Positions 22,641-54,942 of a DNA stretch of 64,000 nucleotides are shown one piece after another. The stretch is from Camelus ferus (lineage: Eukaryota), in contig NC_045701.1 in the NCBI RefSeq assembly GCF_009834535.1, forward strand, positions 20,584,001 to 20,648,000, read 5' to 3'. Position 1 is the stretch's first letter, and every line of letters starts with the position of its first letter. The notes under the pieces are model-generated. The model worked only from the letters and a program-made list of their open reading frames with translations. It had not been told where the DNA came from and ran no database searches. A program made the translations under genes and the position numbers.

Positions 22641-24516
22641 CCACTCTAAATGCTATGTGATAATTTGGAGCTTCAGACTATTTGGCCTTGTGACACAGCC
22701 ATCTCAGTGCACGGTTTCTAGGTTACCTCAAGAGGAAAGAGATTGCTGGAGCATCATTCACTAGCTCTTAAAGTCTTTAGTTCATTCACTATCCATAGGC
22801 CAAAACTAATCACCTGACTCCACCAATCTGCAAGAGATCTGGGAAATGTGGGGACTGCTTGGATCTCTAGTGAGGTGTATATGTTTGTTTGTTTGTTTGT
22901 TTATTACATAATAAATATATGTATGTATTTCAGTTACAAAAGGCAAACCAAAAAGAGAGAGAAACAATTGCTCTTTACAAAGGGAGGCATCTGTTTTAGT
23001 CAGAAAGTGCACTCTGGTTGGTTCGGGGAGTGAGAATGATTTAGATTTCTCAGCTCCTTTGGCTCTTCCCAGGTGTCTCCATTCCAGTTGCCAGATTACA
23101 GAGCATTCCTATCACCCCACCAATCTAATCCATTTCACTTTAGCAAAACACACGATTAATTTCCTGCTCTGGACCCCTGTCATTTCAGTTTGTTGGTTTT
23201 GTTTTTCTCTCCTTCCATTTGCTCATTTGTGGATTGGAACTTGTTTTACTTTTGTTGAACCTTATCAGACTATAAGCGGTAACCGGCTTATATTGAATTA
23301 GGCTGATACATTTGCTATAAACCCTAAGAATTTCACCCTCAGTTGTCACATAGTCTGAATCCTTGGCAGTAACAGAATTGCTTAACCTGCTTGCTACATC
23401 ATCATGTGGACTGCCAAGAATTTCCCATCCTGGGTGGAGGGAGTCCTCATTGTTCCCCTCTCTGCTTGACTCAGCCAGTTCCATACTTGTTCTAAAGGTC
23501 TTTCACTCAAGACACTACCTCTTGGTAACAATTTTGGTATTAATTAGGACTCTTTAGTTTCAAATAAAAGAATTCATACTGAGCTAGTCTAATAGTATTA
23601 GGAGGCATACTCAGTGAATGTTTATTCTGTACCAGTGCCTGTCACATGATGGGTGCTTACTCTTTTTAAATGAGTGTCAGGCACTGTGCTAAGTACTTTA
23701 AATGCATTATCAAATTTAATCCTCATGACAAGTCTGTACTAGTATTTCTCCTTGTTACAGAAAAGAACAATGTGACACAGAGAGCTTTAGAAACTGCCCA
23801 GAATATACTGCTGGTGTATGTTGGAGCCAGGTTTTGAATCCAGCCATCACATTTTTTGCTACTCTATTAGCAAAAAGAAGAATTTATTATAAGAAGGTTG
23901 TTATAGAACCAAAGGCAGAAATTCAAGTGGATTGCATAATGGGCTGGAACCAGGAGCTAGAAAGCTATTGGGAACCCAAGCCATATTCTTCCCCTGATTC
24001 TCATCTCTGCTTTTCATACTAGATGTGGCACTTTTGATGAGTAAAGAGAACATATTGGCAAAGTGATGCTATAGGTCATTCCACTGGTTCCAACCAGTGA
24101 AACCAACCAGGTGAGTCAAAAATCCCTTGGAAAATCCCAGCCCTGACTTCATCTCTTTTGGTGGACTGGGCCAAGTCATTTCATAACTCAATTGGGCCTC
24201 AATTTCCTCATCTATGAAATGAGAAGTTTTTTACCAGAGGATTCCTCAAGTCCCTTCCAGCTCTAAAATTCTACTATCCTACGTGGACCTTCCAGGACAG
24301 AAGCACATTAATAATGGATTTGAACGTGTGGGTTTGGGTGATAGAATATAGAAGGGTTCTAAGGAAAGAGGGACAGAATATGGTTTGAGTGGAGCCTCAG
24401 TGTTGAATTACTGTTTAGAGCAGGTAAAGGCCTTTGGGGATATATAAGTGGAGGACAGAAAAGACTTCTTACCCTGACCAGATCAAAGAGATGGGATCTC
24501 TCTGATCTACAAGCAG

Positions 24517-24519
<3 letters not shown>

Positions 24520-24565
<46 letters not shown>

Positions 24566-24600
24566 TGCACGTGTGTATGCACGCATGCATGTGAGCATGT
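24520..24600 (+). repeat. (TG)n microsatellite with a degenerate purine-pyrimidine extension
   Basis: About 19 perfect TG units followed by TATGTGTGTGCACGTGTGTATGCACGCATGCATGTG. Confidence 0.95.
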
Positions 24601-25918
24601 GGAGAGTAGTAGTCCCCTTGCACAGTGATTTCATCAGGTTTTTTTTTTCATTTTCAGTCATTGCTGTTAGTTTATTAATGGTTCTGTATTTTTTGAAATT
24701 ATTTACAAAAGTGTGTTTAATCTTCAAAAGACGTGTCTCCTTAGTACTAATCCTACTTCTGTGTGGCTTGCTCCATCATGGACTGGAATGTAGGAGGAGA
24801 TAAAAAGTAATCCTAACAAAACTTAATCAGAAAAATTAAAGTGCCGCTAAATACAGCCGCATTGTATACAACTAAGGTGTCTGTGAGTGCTTCGGGGTAG
24901 TTATCTGCTATTAAGGCAAGTCTGTGTGCACCAAAGTTGCATTTATTATACACAGTAAAATGTTTCCTGTTTGCTTACTCTAGTAAAAAGAAAAAAAAAC
25001 AAACAGCTTAATCACATTCTACTATGGCATTTTACTGGCTTTCATAATGTCTCCCTGAAGAGCAAAGATGGAGAGTTTTCCTTTTGCGTGTGAATGTAGT
25101 TACTACTCCAGCAGATGGAGTAGGTTTTACACAGAGCAGGTTTATTTCTTTCTTCTCTCATCTCAGAATTTTCTACAGGGCTTTCATCCAGGCCACAGGA
25201 AGAGAGCCAGAGGGCAGACCAAGCACTTGAGTGGCCTAATGAGCAAGTCACAACTTTCTGGAGTTATTTTCTTATCCATAAGATGAGAGGTTTGGTCTAT
25301 GTGATCTCTGAAGTCCTGCCCAACTCTTAACATTTTGTAGCTCTGGGCACTGAACCAAAAGCAGCTCTCTTCCTGAGTGCTCCACCCTGGATCAGACCTT
25401 TGTCTTCATTCCTCTTCTCTATTTACACCTGGCTGCCCAGTTCCTTACTCCTGGCCCCTCTTCTGCCTCAATTCCCTCAAATTCTCTGTGTTTTTTACCC
25501 TCTTTGTTTTCTTATATTATATTATTTATAATTTATTTACTATTATTTATATGTATCTCATATTTCTGAAGATCCCTCCGATGATTACACTCCTGGTCTC
25601 CAGAACTTCTCCATCTCAATGTCTGTCTACTCCTATTGTTACGGAAATGACAGGCCAGCCAAGAAACAAGCACCACTCGGAGGGTTGGAGTACTCAGATG
25701 TATTACGCCGGCGGGCTCAGAGTGGCTTCTGCTCCGAAGCTCTGAGCACCTCCAAGACGTGCGCATGAGGTTTTATAGGGTAAAGTACAAGCCTGGGGTA
25801 TTCGGCCAATAGGCATGGAACAGCTTTAGCAGCATCATTATCACAAAAGTAGAGGCAGGGAGGCAGCAAACCAACATTTCAAGGCCAGATATGTCTCTTT
25901 GAAAATCCAGCTGGCTAG

Positions 25919-25958
25919 CAAAAAAAACAAAAACAAAAACAAAAACAAAAACAAAAAC
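25919..25958 (+). repeat. (CAAAAA)n short tandem repeat upstream of STRC
   Basis: CAAAAAAAACAAAAACAAAAACAAAAACAAAAACAAAAAC. Confidence 0.9.
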
Positions 25959-26342
25959 CATGAGCAGGGAATCAGCAAACCGACACTTGTTACACTTAGA
26001 TTTACGAGTTAGCTTGTTAGCTGACCCTGTCTTTTCCTTCTCACTATTGCATCCTGGCTCCTAACTGAAGCTATATCCTTGGGTTCCTCCGAGGGCCCCC
26101 TGGGATCCCCTATCATTGGTCCGTCTGACAGAGGCACACCCTTCTCCAGAGCCAAAGGATCAAGTATTCAGTGGCTCAGGTGACAAACCTGCTGTCAGGT
26201 TACAGATATTGTTTCCTGAAAGACCACACTACAGTGTCAGTGGAGACTTGGGCTGCCTGCGGTGCCCTGCCCTCACCTGGCTATCCCACACAAGGTGAGA
26301 ATAAGCAGAACTCACCTCTAGTACCAGCGCTCGTCTGGAAAC

Positions 26343-42086
<15,744 letters not shown>

Positions 42087-42137
42087 GCCTGTCTCTACAG
42101 TTAGAGATTGTTGGGAAAGACATTTTAAGTAATAATG

Positions 42138-42143
42138 AATAAA
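42138..42143 (+). terminator. STRC polyadenylation signal AATAAA
   Basis: AATAAA about 50 nt after the STRC TGA. Confidence 0.8.
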
Positions 42144-42364
42144 GTGCAACTGGAAGTGCTTTCTAATTATCCTCGGGAAGCTGATGAGGACTATGGGGAA
42201 AATGCTAATGCTTTCCACCTGAGAATCAGCATTCCTGTCATGCCATATCTGGAGTCTCTTTCCATCATAAATAACCCTACTGCCTCTTTTCCTTTCCTGG
42301 AGGCTAATTCCTCCTCACCCCACCATTAGAAATAACACAGACAGCTGAAGCATAGCAAGGAGTC

Positions 42365-42370
42365 TTTACT
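42365..42370 (-). terminator. CKMT1 variant polyadenylation signal AGTAAA
   Basis: Reads AGTAAA on the minus strand about 108 nt after the CKMT1 stop. By eye, no minus-strand AATAAA/ATTAAA occurs until about 40.5-40.7 kb. Confidence 0.55.
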
Positions 42371-42477
42371 AGGACAAAGGGCATGAGGGGAAAGGGGGCA
42401 TCCAGAGCAAGGAGAAGGGACCACCATTACAATGGCAGAGGTGGTGGGAATCTTGAGTCATCTGCTGGGGACGGGAG

Positions 42478-47206
<4,729 letters not shown>

Positions 47207-47865
47207 GGCTTGAGGGTCCGGCTACAGAATCCCGGAGCAGGAGATGGCTCAGGACAGGAACCCGAAGGGAGGATGCAAACAGGCGGACTGAGGGCCGGAA
47301 CTGGATGCGACGCTGGAGCCGAAATGGGGGCTGGAGCGGGAGTGGGAGCCGGTGCCGACCAGACTGCAAGAGAGGCGCAATGAGCTAGCGGCGGCGGGTG
47401 GAGGAGAGCGAGGCCAGAGCTGCAATCTCCAGGGGTGGGGCTCATGGAGGCCCCGCCTTCCTGCCTGCCTCAGCGCTAGGTGTGTGGGGGCAGAGGTAGG
47501 CACCACCCACCAGGTAGATTAGGGGGACCGGAGATTTGCACTCCTAGGCCGGGGAATGGGCTCATCGGAGATGAGGCCGTCCAGATTTCAGCACCAAGTA
47601 GAGGACAGCACCCAAGGGGACAGACGAAACCCAAACACCCTTCCCCAAAGCCTCTCAGTTTAAACGGAAACCCGATTCGTTACTCTGTGGATGTGAAAGG
47701 GTGACACTGCCCAACCTCTTTTCGGTTTTCAGCCTGACCCAGCAACCTCTCCATCTTCCCAGGGGAGGCGGCCTCGGGGAGACCGTGGAATAAAGAGATA
47801 TCAGAAGAAGCCAGAGAAAGTACACAGAGGCATTCACTGGGAAACCAACCCCCGCCCCCGCTTGC

Positions 47866-47874
47866 TCAAGGTCA
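47866..47874 (+). promoter_or_regulatory. ERR/SF-1-type response element TCAAGGTCA next to a GC box
   Basis: Exact 9/9 match to the ERRE consensus, 660 nt upstream of the CKMT1 ATG, immediately after CCCCGCCCCC (about 47850-47859). Confidence 0.5.
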
Positions 47875-48719
47875 CCTTTTCCTTAGAACCAGGAAGAGGA
47901 CCAAGGCTCCTCCCTGTCACACCTGTGTTCTCCTTACAAGGTTGTGGAAAGTTTCCCTGAGAGAAATCAGAGAAACACGAACCCTTACCCGATCTATGCT
48001 GTGTTCCCCACCCCCACCCTGCCCCCAAGTCTGAAGCCCTGCTATGTCCTGCCTCTGCTTCCCGTGATCCCCACCTTTCCCCTCCTCTACCTTCCTCCCC
48101 ATCTCCTACTTCACCTTTGATATTTTACTTCTCAGCTTCTTTTCCAGGATCCGTTTGCTGCTCACAGGACTCCCTCTGAGTATTCTCTGCAAGCTTGCCT
48201 ACCTGTTAGTTGTGCTGGGCGTGGGGCTGGAGTTGGGCGGAGAATTACAATATTTCCTCCTCCTCCTCTCCTTTCTCCTCGCTCTGCTCTCCGTAGCTCC
48301 CAGTTCCTGGACTGAAGGGGAGTGTAAGTAAGGTGAGGTGAAGGGTGTGGTAAGATGACGAGGTGTAGGAGTGGAACAGGCAGGCACAGGTCTCCAACCA
48401 CCACATGTGTTTCCTCTCTTGGCTCCCTAATGCTACTTGAGCCAGAGTGTAAGGAGGAGTTGTGTCCAAGGGCATAAGGTCACCAAAGAATCTCTGCCTT
48501 CCTCCTCATCCCTCTCCTCCTCTCTGTCCTTACAAGGTGCATATTCAGATTTGAAAGGGCTTTGTTCCCATACCTCCAAGTGTGGCTTCACCTTTGTCCT
48601 GGCAGGAAGGAGAATAAATGCTGGAGCTGCAATAGAGATGTGTGCTTCAGTATGGAGGTCAGTTAAGGTGGAGTAGACATGGTGGTGAGAGGTGATTAGA
48701 CAGGCTTACTGACTCTGAT

Positions 48720-49195
48720 TGGCTTCCAACAAGGGGCAGAAAGTGTCAGGCTGATGAAAGGCAGGACATTTCTCTTACTGATAACTGGATCTTAATTCCA
48801 AGAACATAGTCCTACAACAGGACAATTTATGTCCCACAGCTGCTTCATTAATTCCAAGGACATGCCCCAGTATATCTCTTTCTTTGCTCCCATGGAAGCT
48901 TCTGTTTTAGGGCTGAGCTCCACAGGAGGAAAGAGCCTGTAATAGAAGATGATTGGCACCACCGGGATGAAGATAATGATGGCAGAGTCTTCCAATAAAA
49001 GACCCCATGGTCCAATCAGGGGCTGGAGATGTATTCACCAGCTACCTTAGCTGATGGTTCCCAATTGAGTTTTTTCTTTTCCTCTCTCTCTGAGCAATAA
49101 AAGCTCTTTTTTTCATTTTGTCCCTCTGCCTCTATTGAGAATTCTTTCTCAGTCGGTAGGCAAGGACACCCACACTTGGAGGGCTTGCCTATACA
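48720..49195 (+). mobile_element. Probable ERV solo LTR between the CKMT1 and PPIP5K1 promoters
   Basis: CCAATCAGG, CAATAAAAGCTCTTT, GAATTCTTTCTC...GGCAAGGACACCC, ending ...TACA: the U3-R-U5 order typical of ERV1-class LTRs. Family and 5' end uncertain. Confidence 0.55.
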
Positions 49196-50999
49196 TTTGC
49201 TGGGCTTTCCAGTTTGGGGGTCCCTCTATCTGCTAACAGTGGCATCAGTCCCTTCTTTCAGCTATCTTGTGGGGTACATCCACAAGACAGTAAGATACTT
49301 GGAAATCTTAAGGGAGAGCATTTGAGAAGAAGAAATTCTCGTCACGTTGGCCTCTGGCCCCACTGATGAACCTCCCTCCACCCCTATATTCTCATTCTAT
49401 TCATTTCTCTCAGGCTTCCCTTGTGTTCTTTTTCCTGTCTTCCTCATTTAGGGGTATACTTAGAAGCCAACCATCTTCCTTCTGGATCCATCAGTTCCTT
49501 CTCCTCCTGGTAAGAGAGGAATCATCAGAGAATAGATGGAGTTCTGCTGTTGGAGTGTGGTCACTCTTGGAGAGATGGAAAATATTACCTGTGTTGTGGG
49601 GGCTCATTATTTGGGTTAAGGAGTAGCTGTATGAGTAAGCAAACATAATTACTTGGAATGCTATATATTTAGCCAGGTAAAGGAGGGAGATAATCTTCCA
49701 GAGCAGTAGGGTTGTTATTTCATTGAGAGGGTGGTTACTAAAATTAAAGAGGTAGGGAGCAGAAAGAGAGAATTACAGAAGGAAAACTAAGATTTGCCCA
49801 GAGCAGTAGAAAAATCACTCAAGTTTAGAGACTAGCTGTTCAAATATGAATAATAGCTCCACTGAGAAGGGACGTGTATTTTTGTACTTTTCTTATTCCC
49901 TGTGAAAGTCAGATAATGTAGTAATATTCATTTACAAAATTATCCTACAGCATACGGGAAGTAATCAATATATACAGTATTTGATTTATTTAATAATAGT
50001 TATCAAAAATATTTAGTATTTATAAAACATCTTACAATTGCAAGGAATTCTAGTACATATTATTTCATTGAATTGAATTGGATTCAATTCCAATGGATGA
50101 AAAGGGATGGAGTCTATATTTTTAGGGGAATGAGATGACATGTTAGTTACCTAGAATATATTTTAATTACTTCTTTGAAGGGTTAGAGTGATGGAGGGAA
50201 TATGAGCCTGAGCATGAACTCGACGTTTCATTTTGTTTGACCTCACTGTGTTTCCTGCACAGGAACATGTGTTTGGTAATAGGGTCAGTCCTTAGTATCA
50301 TCTCTTTCTCATTCAGGAGGCCTTGGGGTCAGTATAATGTCACTTGACTAAAAATGTCGTAAGAATGCCAAAATTGCAGAGAAGAAACAGGGAACTTGGA
50401 ACTGACCAGAGAAATCTAAGTGAGGGTGCAAAGATAATAATACAAACACATACAAAATGCTTTCATATAATCAGTACCCTATGAGTTAGTATTTCTAATC
50501 CCACTCTCTCACAGGTGAGAAAACAGACTGAGGGAAGTTCAGTGACTTGTCCAAGGCTTCATCACTATTAAAGGTGACACCAAGATTCAAGTAAGTTTAG
50601 AGGGTAGAGAGCAAGCGGGCTGTAGAGATGGGAATCAACTTGTTTGGCCTTTCAAATCCAACCATTTTCTTGTCTCCTCCATAAATAACTCTCTCTGTCC
50701 CTTCCCTTAACTTTATGACTTATTTTGTCTCTGTTTTTGTCTCCAGTCTCTCTTCCACTTCTCTAGTCTGTTAACATTTGCAAAGTACATTTATTGGATC
50801 TCTATGTATATCATACCCCGTTTTATTTTATAAATCAAACAAAAGACATGCCTTTGTCCTCAAGGAGGTGCAACGGCACAGACTCTGCCTCTTCCTCTGC
50901 ATTTCGTCCCCCTCCTACCCCCCTTCGTCTCACTGGAAAGTCTCTGTCTAGACCAAGCATCTGGACTGTGGCGACGCAGTTAGAAATCCAAGAACATCA

Positions 51000-51500
51000 G
51001 GTTGCACTTCACTCTCAGAGCCACTAGAGGCCACCCTCCTCCGCGCAGAAGCGCCGGCCAACGCAGCCTGACTTTGCTGCCGGTGCGCGCCCTCCGCTGA
51101 TTGGTGGCACCGGAGAGAAGTCACGCTTTGATTGGGCCGCTGTCAGGTGTCGCTGCCGGCAGGTTCGGCTGCGCGAGCGCAGAGAGGCGGGTGAGTGAAG
51201 GCCGGGGGCGGTGGGGGAGTGGCTGGGGGCTGGGGGCGGTATCTGAGGGGGTGGGCTGGGTAGAGTGGGCTCCGGTTGTAGCGCTGAGGGCCCTGGTTAG
51301 AAGCGGCCGGGGGCAGCTTTGGAAAGAGACCCAGCGGAGACGCCTCAATGTCAGCGAAGGGAGAGTGAGGCGGAGAAGGCGGGGGCGGGCAAAGACTAGA
51401 GGAGTCGGGTTGGGAGGTGGTAATCGTGACCCGGAGCAGTGTCAGGAGAGGACAGAGGAGGGGGTCAGGAAGAGGGAGAGGTGGGTGTGCGAGGGTCTGC
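51000..51500 (+). promoter_or_regulatory. PPIP5K1 CpG promoter and non-coding exon 1 (donor GG|GTGAGT at 51190/51191)
   Basis: CpG cluster, two ATTGG (reverse CCAAT) boxes at 51100-51104 and 51131-51135, and a consensus 5' splice site after 51190. Confidence 0.75.
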
Positions 51501-52657
51501 GTGAGGAAGAGGGGGTCCTGCTGAGCAGGGCCGTCAGCAGGGGGGAGGCTCTGGGTGGGGAGGTCTGTGTGAGGAGGCGTGGGAGTGGAGTCACTCTGGA
51601 GGATCCGCTTGAGGAAGGGGTCGTGGCGGAGAGGAGAGACTGGAGTCTGGAGAGAGGGTAGGTGGGGGAAAGAGTGGATCTCAGACACTCTTTGTGGAGG
51701 ATCGTTGAGGCTTCCACATAAATATGTTACCAAGTGTGGTGACTCATCTGGGGGCTTGACGGAATGTTTAAGGCTGGGGAGTCAGTGAGCCAGAGAATTA
51801 GTTGCATTGTTAATTGGATCAGTTGATCCGTGATGGAGGGGGAGGGCAGCAGCCTGTGTTGGGAATGGTTAGGGGAGTCAGTGAAGGGTCCTTTTAGCAA
51901 GTTGGGGAAAGAAAGCAATATGAGTGAATTGATACGGAGAGCAAGGGCACCAGCACAGATCATTAGTGTCAGAATAAGGGTATGTATGAGGGATTAAAAA
52001 TTACATCAAGGAAGAACTAAGGGGTCCACTGTTGAGGAGGCAGTGTTGGTGACCTGAGGAGTTTCACTGTGTTGGACTCTGGATTCCCGTCTGGACTCTG
52101 TAACTGACCTTTCTCTTTCACCACTGATGGAACCCTCTGTCAAGTGCACTGTGGTTAAAGGACTACTACAAGCAGTCTTAGATTCTAAGGGTTAAAGAAG
52201 TTACACGGTTTACCCTCCCTTCTATCCCTTCTCCGGATCTAATTTAACTTAGAGGCCTCTGAGAAGATTGCGCCCCCCCCCCCCACATCTCCTCCCTCCT
52301 CTCCGGCCCTCGCCCTACTCTCCGGCCCTCGCTTCCACATTGATTCAGGCCTCAGTAAGACTGCCCTTTAGCCTGCTGTGGAGTCTGAAGTTTTCTTTTC
52401 TTTTGCAACAAAGTATTAGGGGAGAGGGGGAAGGTGAGAAGAACACAGAATACAGGGCAATGGTTCTTGGAACACCACCTTAAACCCCAGCTTCTCCCAG
52501 AGGTACATCTAAATAAATCCTGGCTTATTTCATAGCTATTTCTGTCAGGCTTCTATTTCTGCTTTGTTAACTATGAATTTAGACCTTTCATCTCTCTTCA
52601 GCCCCATATTTATGAACAAACTCTCCTTCGCCGTTTTATTACCATCTCCTGTTACAG

Positions 52658-52730
52658 AGTTATGACAGACTTTCAAGAATGTGACAGTGTACATTCAGTA
52701 GAAAACCAGGAAGGACCAGTGGAAGAAAGT
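52658..52730 (+). other. Candidate PPIP5K1 5' UTR exon carrying an upstream ATG (52662)
   Basis: Pyrimidine tract + TTACAG acceptor, AGT|GTGAGG donor, and 23 open codons. Predicted from splice signals only. Confidence 0.4.
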
Positions 52731-53156
52731 GTGAGGGTCTAGGAATCTTAGACATAGAGAAATCTCCTGATTCAGAGAAAGGATAAATAGTGCAACAAAA
52801 TTCTGCTTGCTTAAACCATACAGGGATGTTTAGAACGCCGCAAGTTATGAAAATTGGGTCAGGTCACCAAAAAGAAATTCAGAGAACCAGCCTATAGTCA
52901 GGAGGGGGCTGTATGTATAAGACCTGGAGAGCACAAGTGGAAATGTTGTCTAAGAAGAATGTTGTGCCCCCATGGTGGCTGAGTAACAGAGAAAAGCAGA
53001 TGGTGAAGACTGGAAAGGTCAAGGTCTATATAAAGATTAGCTATAACTTTCTAATCAAAGCTATAAATCTCACTTGTAGTGGTTTAAAATATAAATACAG
53101 AAAGTAGTTATTGAAGACTTTTAAAAGTCTGTAAGACTAAATTACTCTATTTACAG

Positions 53157-53212
53157 AGCTTGTGGCTTTCATTAGACTCATTGATCAGTATTTCTGAGAA
53201 CTTTTGGAGAAG
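53157..53212 (+). other. Candidate PPIP5K1 5' UTR exon (56 nt)
   Basis: Branch-like GACTAAAT, CTCTATTTACAG acceptor, and AAG|GTGGAA donor. Splice signals only. Confidence 0.35.
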
Positions 53213-53269
53213 GTGGAAAATTGCTGATGTGACTCAATACCATTTTTGGAAAAAAACAGCAGATAACTC

Positions 53270-54045
53270 ATATCCCCACAATTTAGTATTAACAGTTGTT
53301 AACCATTTGCATATTTGCTTCAGATTTTAAAAATTGAAATAAACATTATAGGTAAGGTGGTAAAATTCCATTTGAATCCTTCTCAATTCTATTCTCCCCT
53401 CTCTTCAGAGGTAACCACTGTCAGGAATTTGATGTCTTCCTTGCCAGCCTGTTTTCATACTTCTAATTAGGTATACAGTCATAGATATATTAGTATTTTT
53501 TATTTGTACAAATGTAATTTTACTGCATGTATATCTCTGCAGTTTGCATTTGGAAGCTGTCCATGTTGTTACATATAACTTTGATTCATTGTTAATAACT
53601 GCTATTAGTCAATCATTTGCATATACTACATTGTATTTATCCATCCTTCTACTTGTGACATCTGAGTTGTTTCCAGTTTTTCCCATTACCAGCAGTAAGG
53701 TTATGAATATCCTTGCACACATCTTCTTATGTGGGAGAGTTTCTCTACAGCAGGGCTTCTCAACCTTGGCACCACTAACATTTTGGACTGGGCACTTCTT
53801 TGTTGTGGGGGAATGTCCTGTGCATGTGAGAATGTTTAGCAGCATCCCTGGCCTCTACTCACTAGATGCCAGTAGCACCTCCCCAGTTGTGACACCCAAA
53901 AGTACCTCTCAACAAATGTCCCCTGCACAGTCTAATCACAGTTGGTTAAGAACCACTACTCTAGGTGTATGTATGCAGAACTGGAGCTGCCAGGTTGTTC
54001 TGACTCAACTTTAAGTGTTAAGATATTCTCACTGATTATGGCTGT
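53270..54045 (-). mobile_element. Old L1 3' fragment interrupted by MER20
   Basis: CTCTTCAGAGGTAACCACTG, TTGTTTCCAGTTTTTCCCATTACCAGCAG and CAGAACTGGAGCTGCCAGG phrases on both sides of the MER20. Confidence 0.55.
53751..53957 (-). mobile_element. MER20 (hAT-Charlie)
   Basis: CAGGGCTTCTCAACCTTGGCACCACTAACATTTTGG...AGCAGCATCCCTGGCCTCTACTCACTAGATGCCAGTAGCACC...TTAAGAACCACT. Confidence 0.85.
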
Positions 54046-54942
54046 AGGTAGGACTTTTTTTTTTTTTTTCCATTGAAGCTTCTGGTGTGGAGGACCTAGG
54101 CCTAGACCAGCCTTGGGTCTGTAGTACCCTGAGATGGTAGAGAGAACACTGAAATTTCAGTTTGAGGATGGGTTGGAGGCTGTAGTATGGATGTCTGTGT
54201 CCTCAACTTCCCAGCTAGCACTAGACCTCTTTCTTTGAACAGATTTTCTGAGACTTGGGCATCTGTCTTTTAAGGTAAAGCAGGTAAAGGAGAGACAGGG
54301 GGCATAAGGGATTTAAATGTTCTGATGTAATGCTTAAATATAGGGTATCTTCGATAAATTTTTTTTTAGTTAATGCTTAGTAGGAATGAAGATAGAGGTT
54401 AAAGGAAAAGGCAAATGAGCTCTCTTCCTCTGTCCTTGAATTAAATTCCTGAGTTCAGCACTACTGTGGGGAAGTAGAGAAGGGCCAGAAACATTTTGGT
54501 ATGAATGCAAAGTTTGAAATGTCACTCTAATCTTCTCTTCTGGTAGGAACCAACAGTAGCCTTCCATGAGGAACTGCCTTTCCCATTTGCTGCTGGAGTT
54601 GGTGGTGTTTTCTGCTGGCAGAATCAGGGACATGCCAGCACTGTAAGGGTTAATCTACTGATCCTCTTACTAGTCTCATGGTTGGGGGGGGGGGTGAACA
54701 GAGAGGAAAAGGGAGACCTTGCTTTTCTCTTAGAGATCTTTAGTCATTTCAAGTCATAGCCCACATGTTTCCTCTTCTGTTGATCCTTCTTGCTTTGTTT
54801 CCTGTTTCCCCTAGACCCCTTGTAGTTCCCTCTAATTTTCTCATTCCCCATCCCCCATCCCACCCACTGCCATGGGGCTTGGATTCTGAGCTAATGGGAT
54901 ACCCTTCACTGCAGAGCGGGATGAGTGGGTGCTCCGGCGGGG

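Noticed and set aside
50066-50095. Hairpin CATTGAATTGAAT-TGG-ATTCAATTCCAATG
   Set aside because: Low-complexity GAATT units, plausibly two repeat tails head-to-head. Too short for a pre-miRNA.
51101-51733. 186-aa and 196-aa ORFs at the PPIP5K1 promoter/intron 1
   Set aside because: Products of the purine/pyrimidine skew; they cross a consensus splice donor and have no domain signal.
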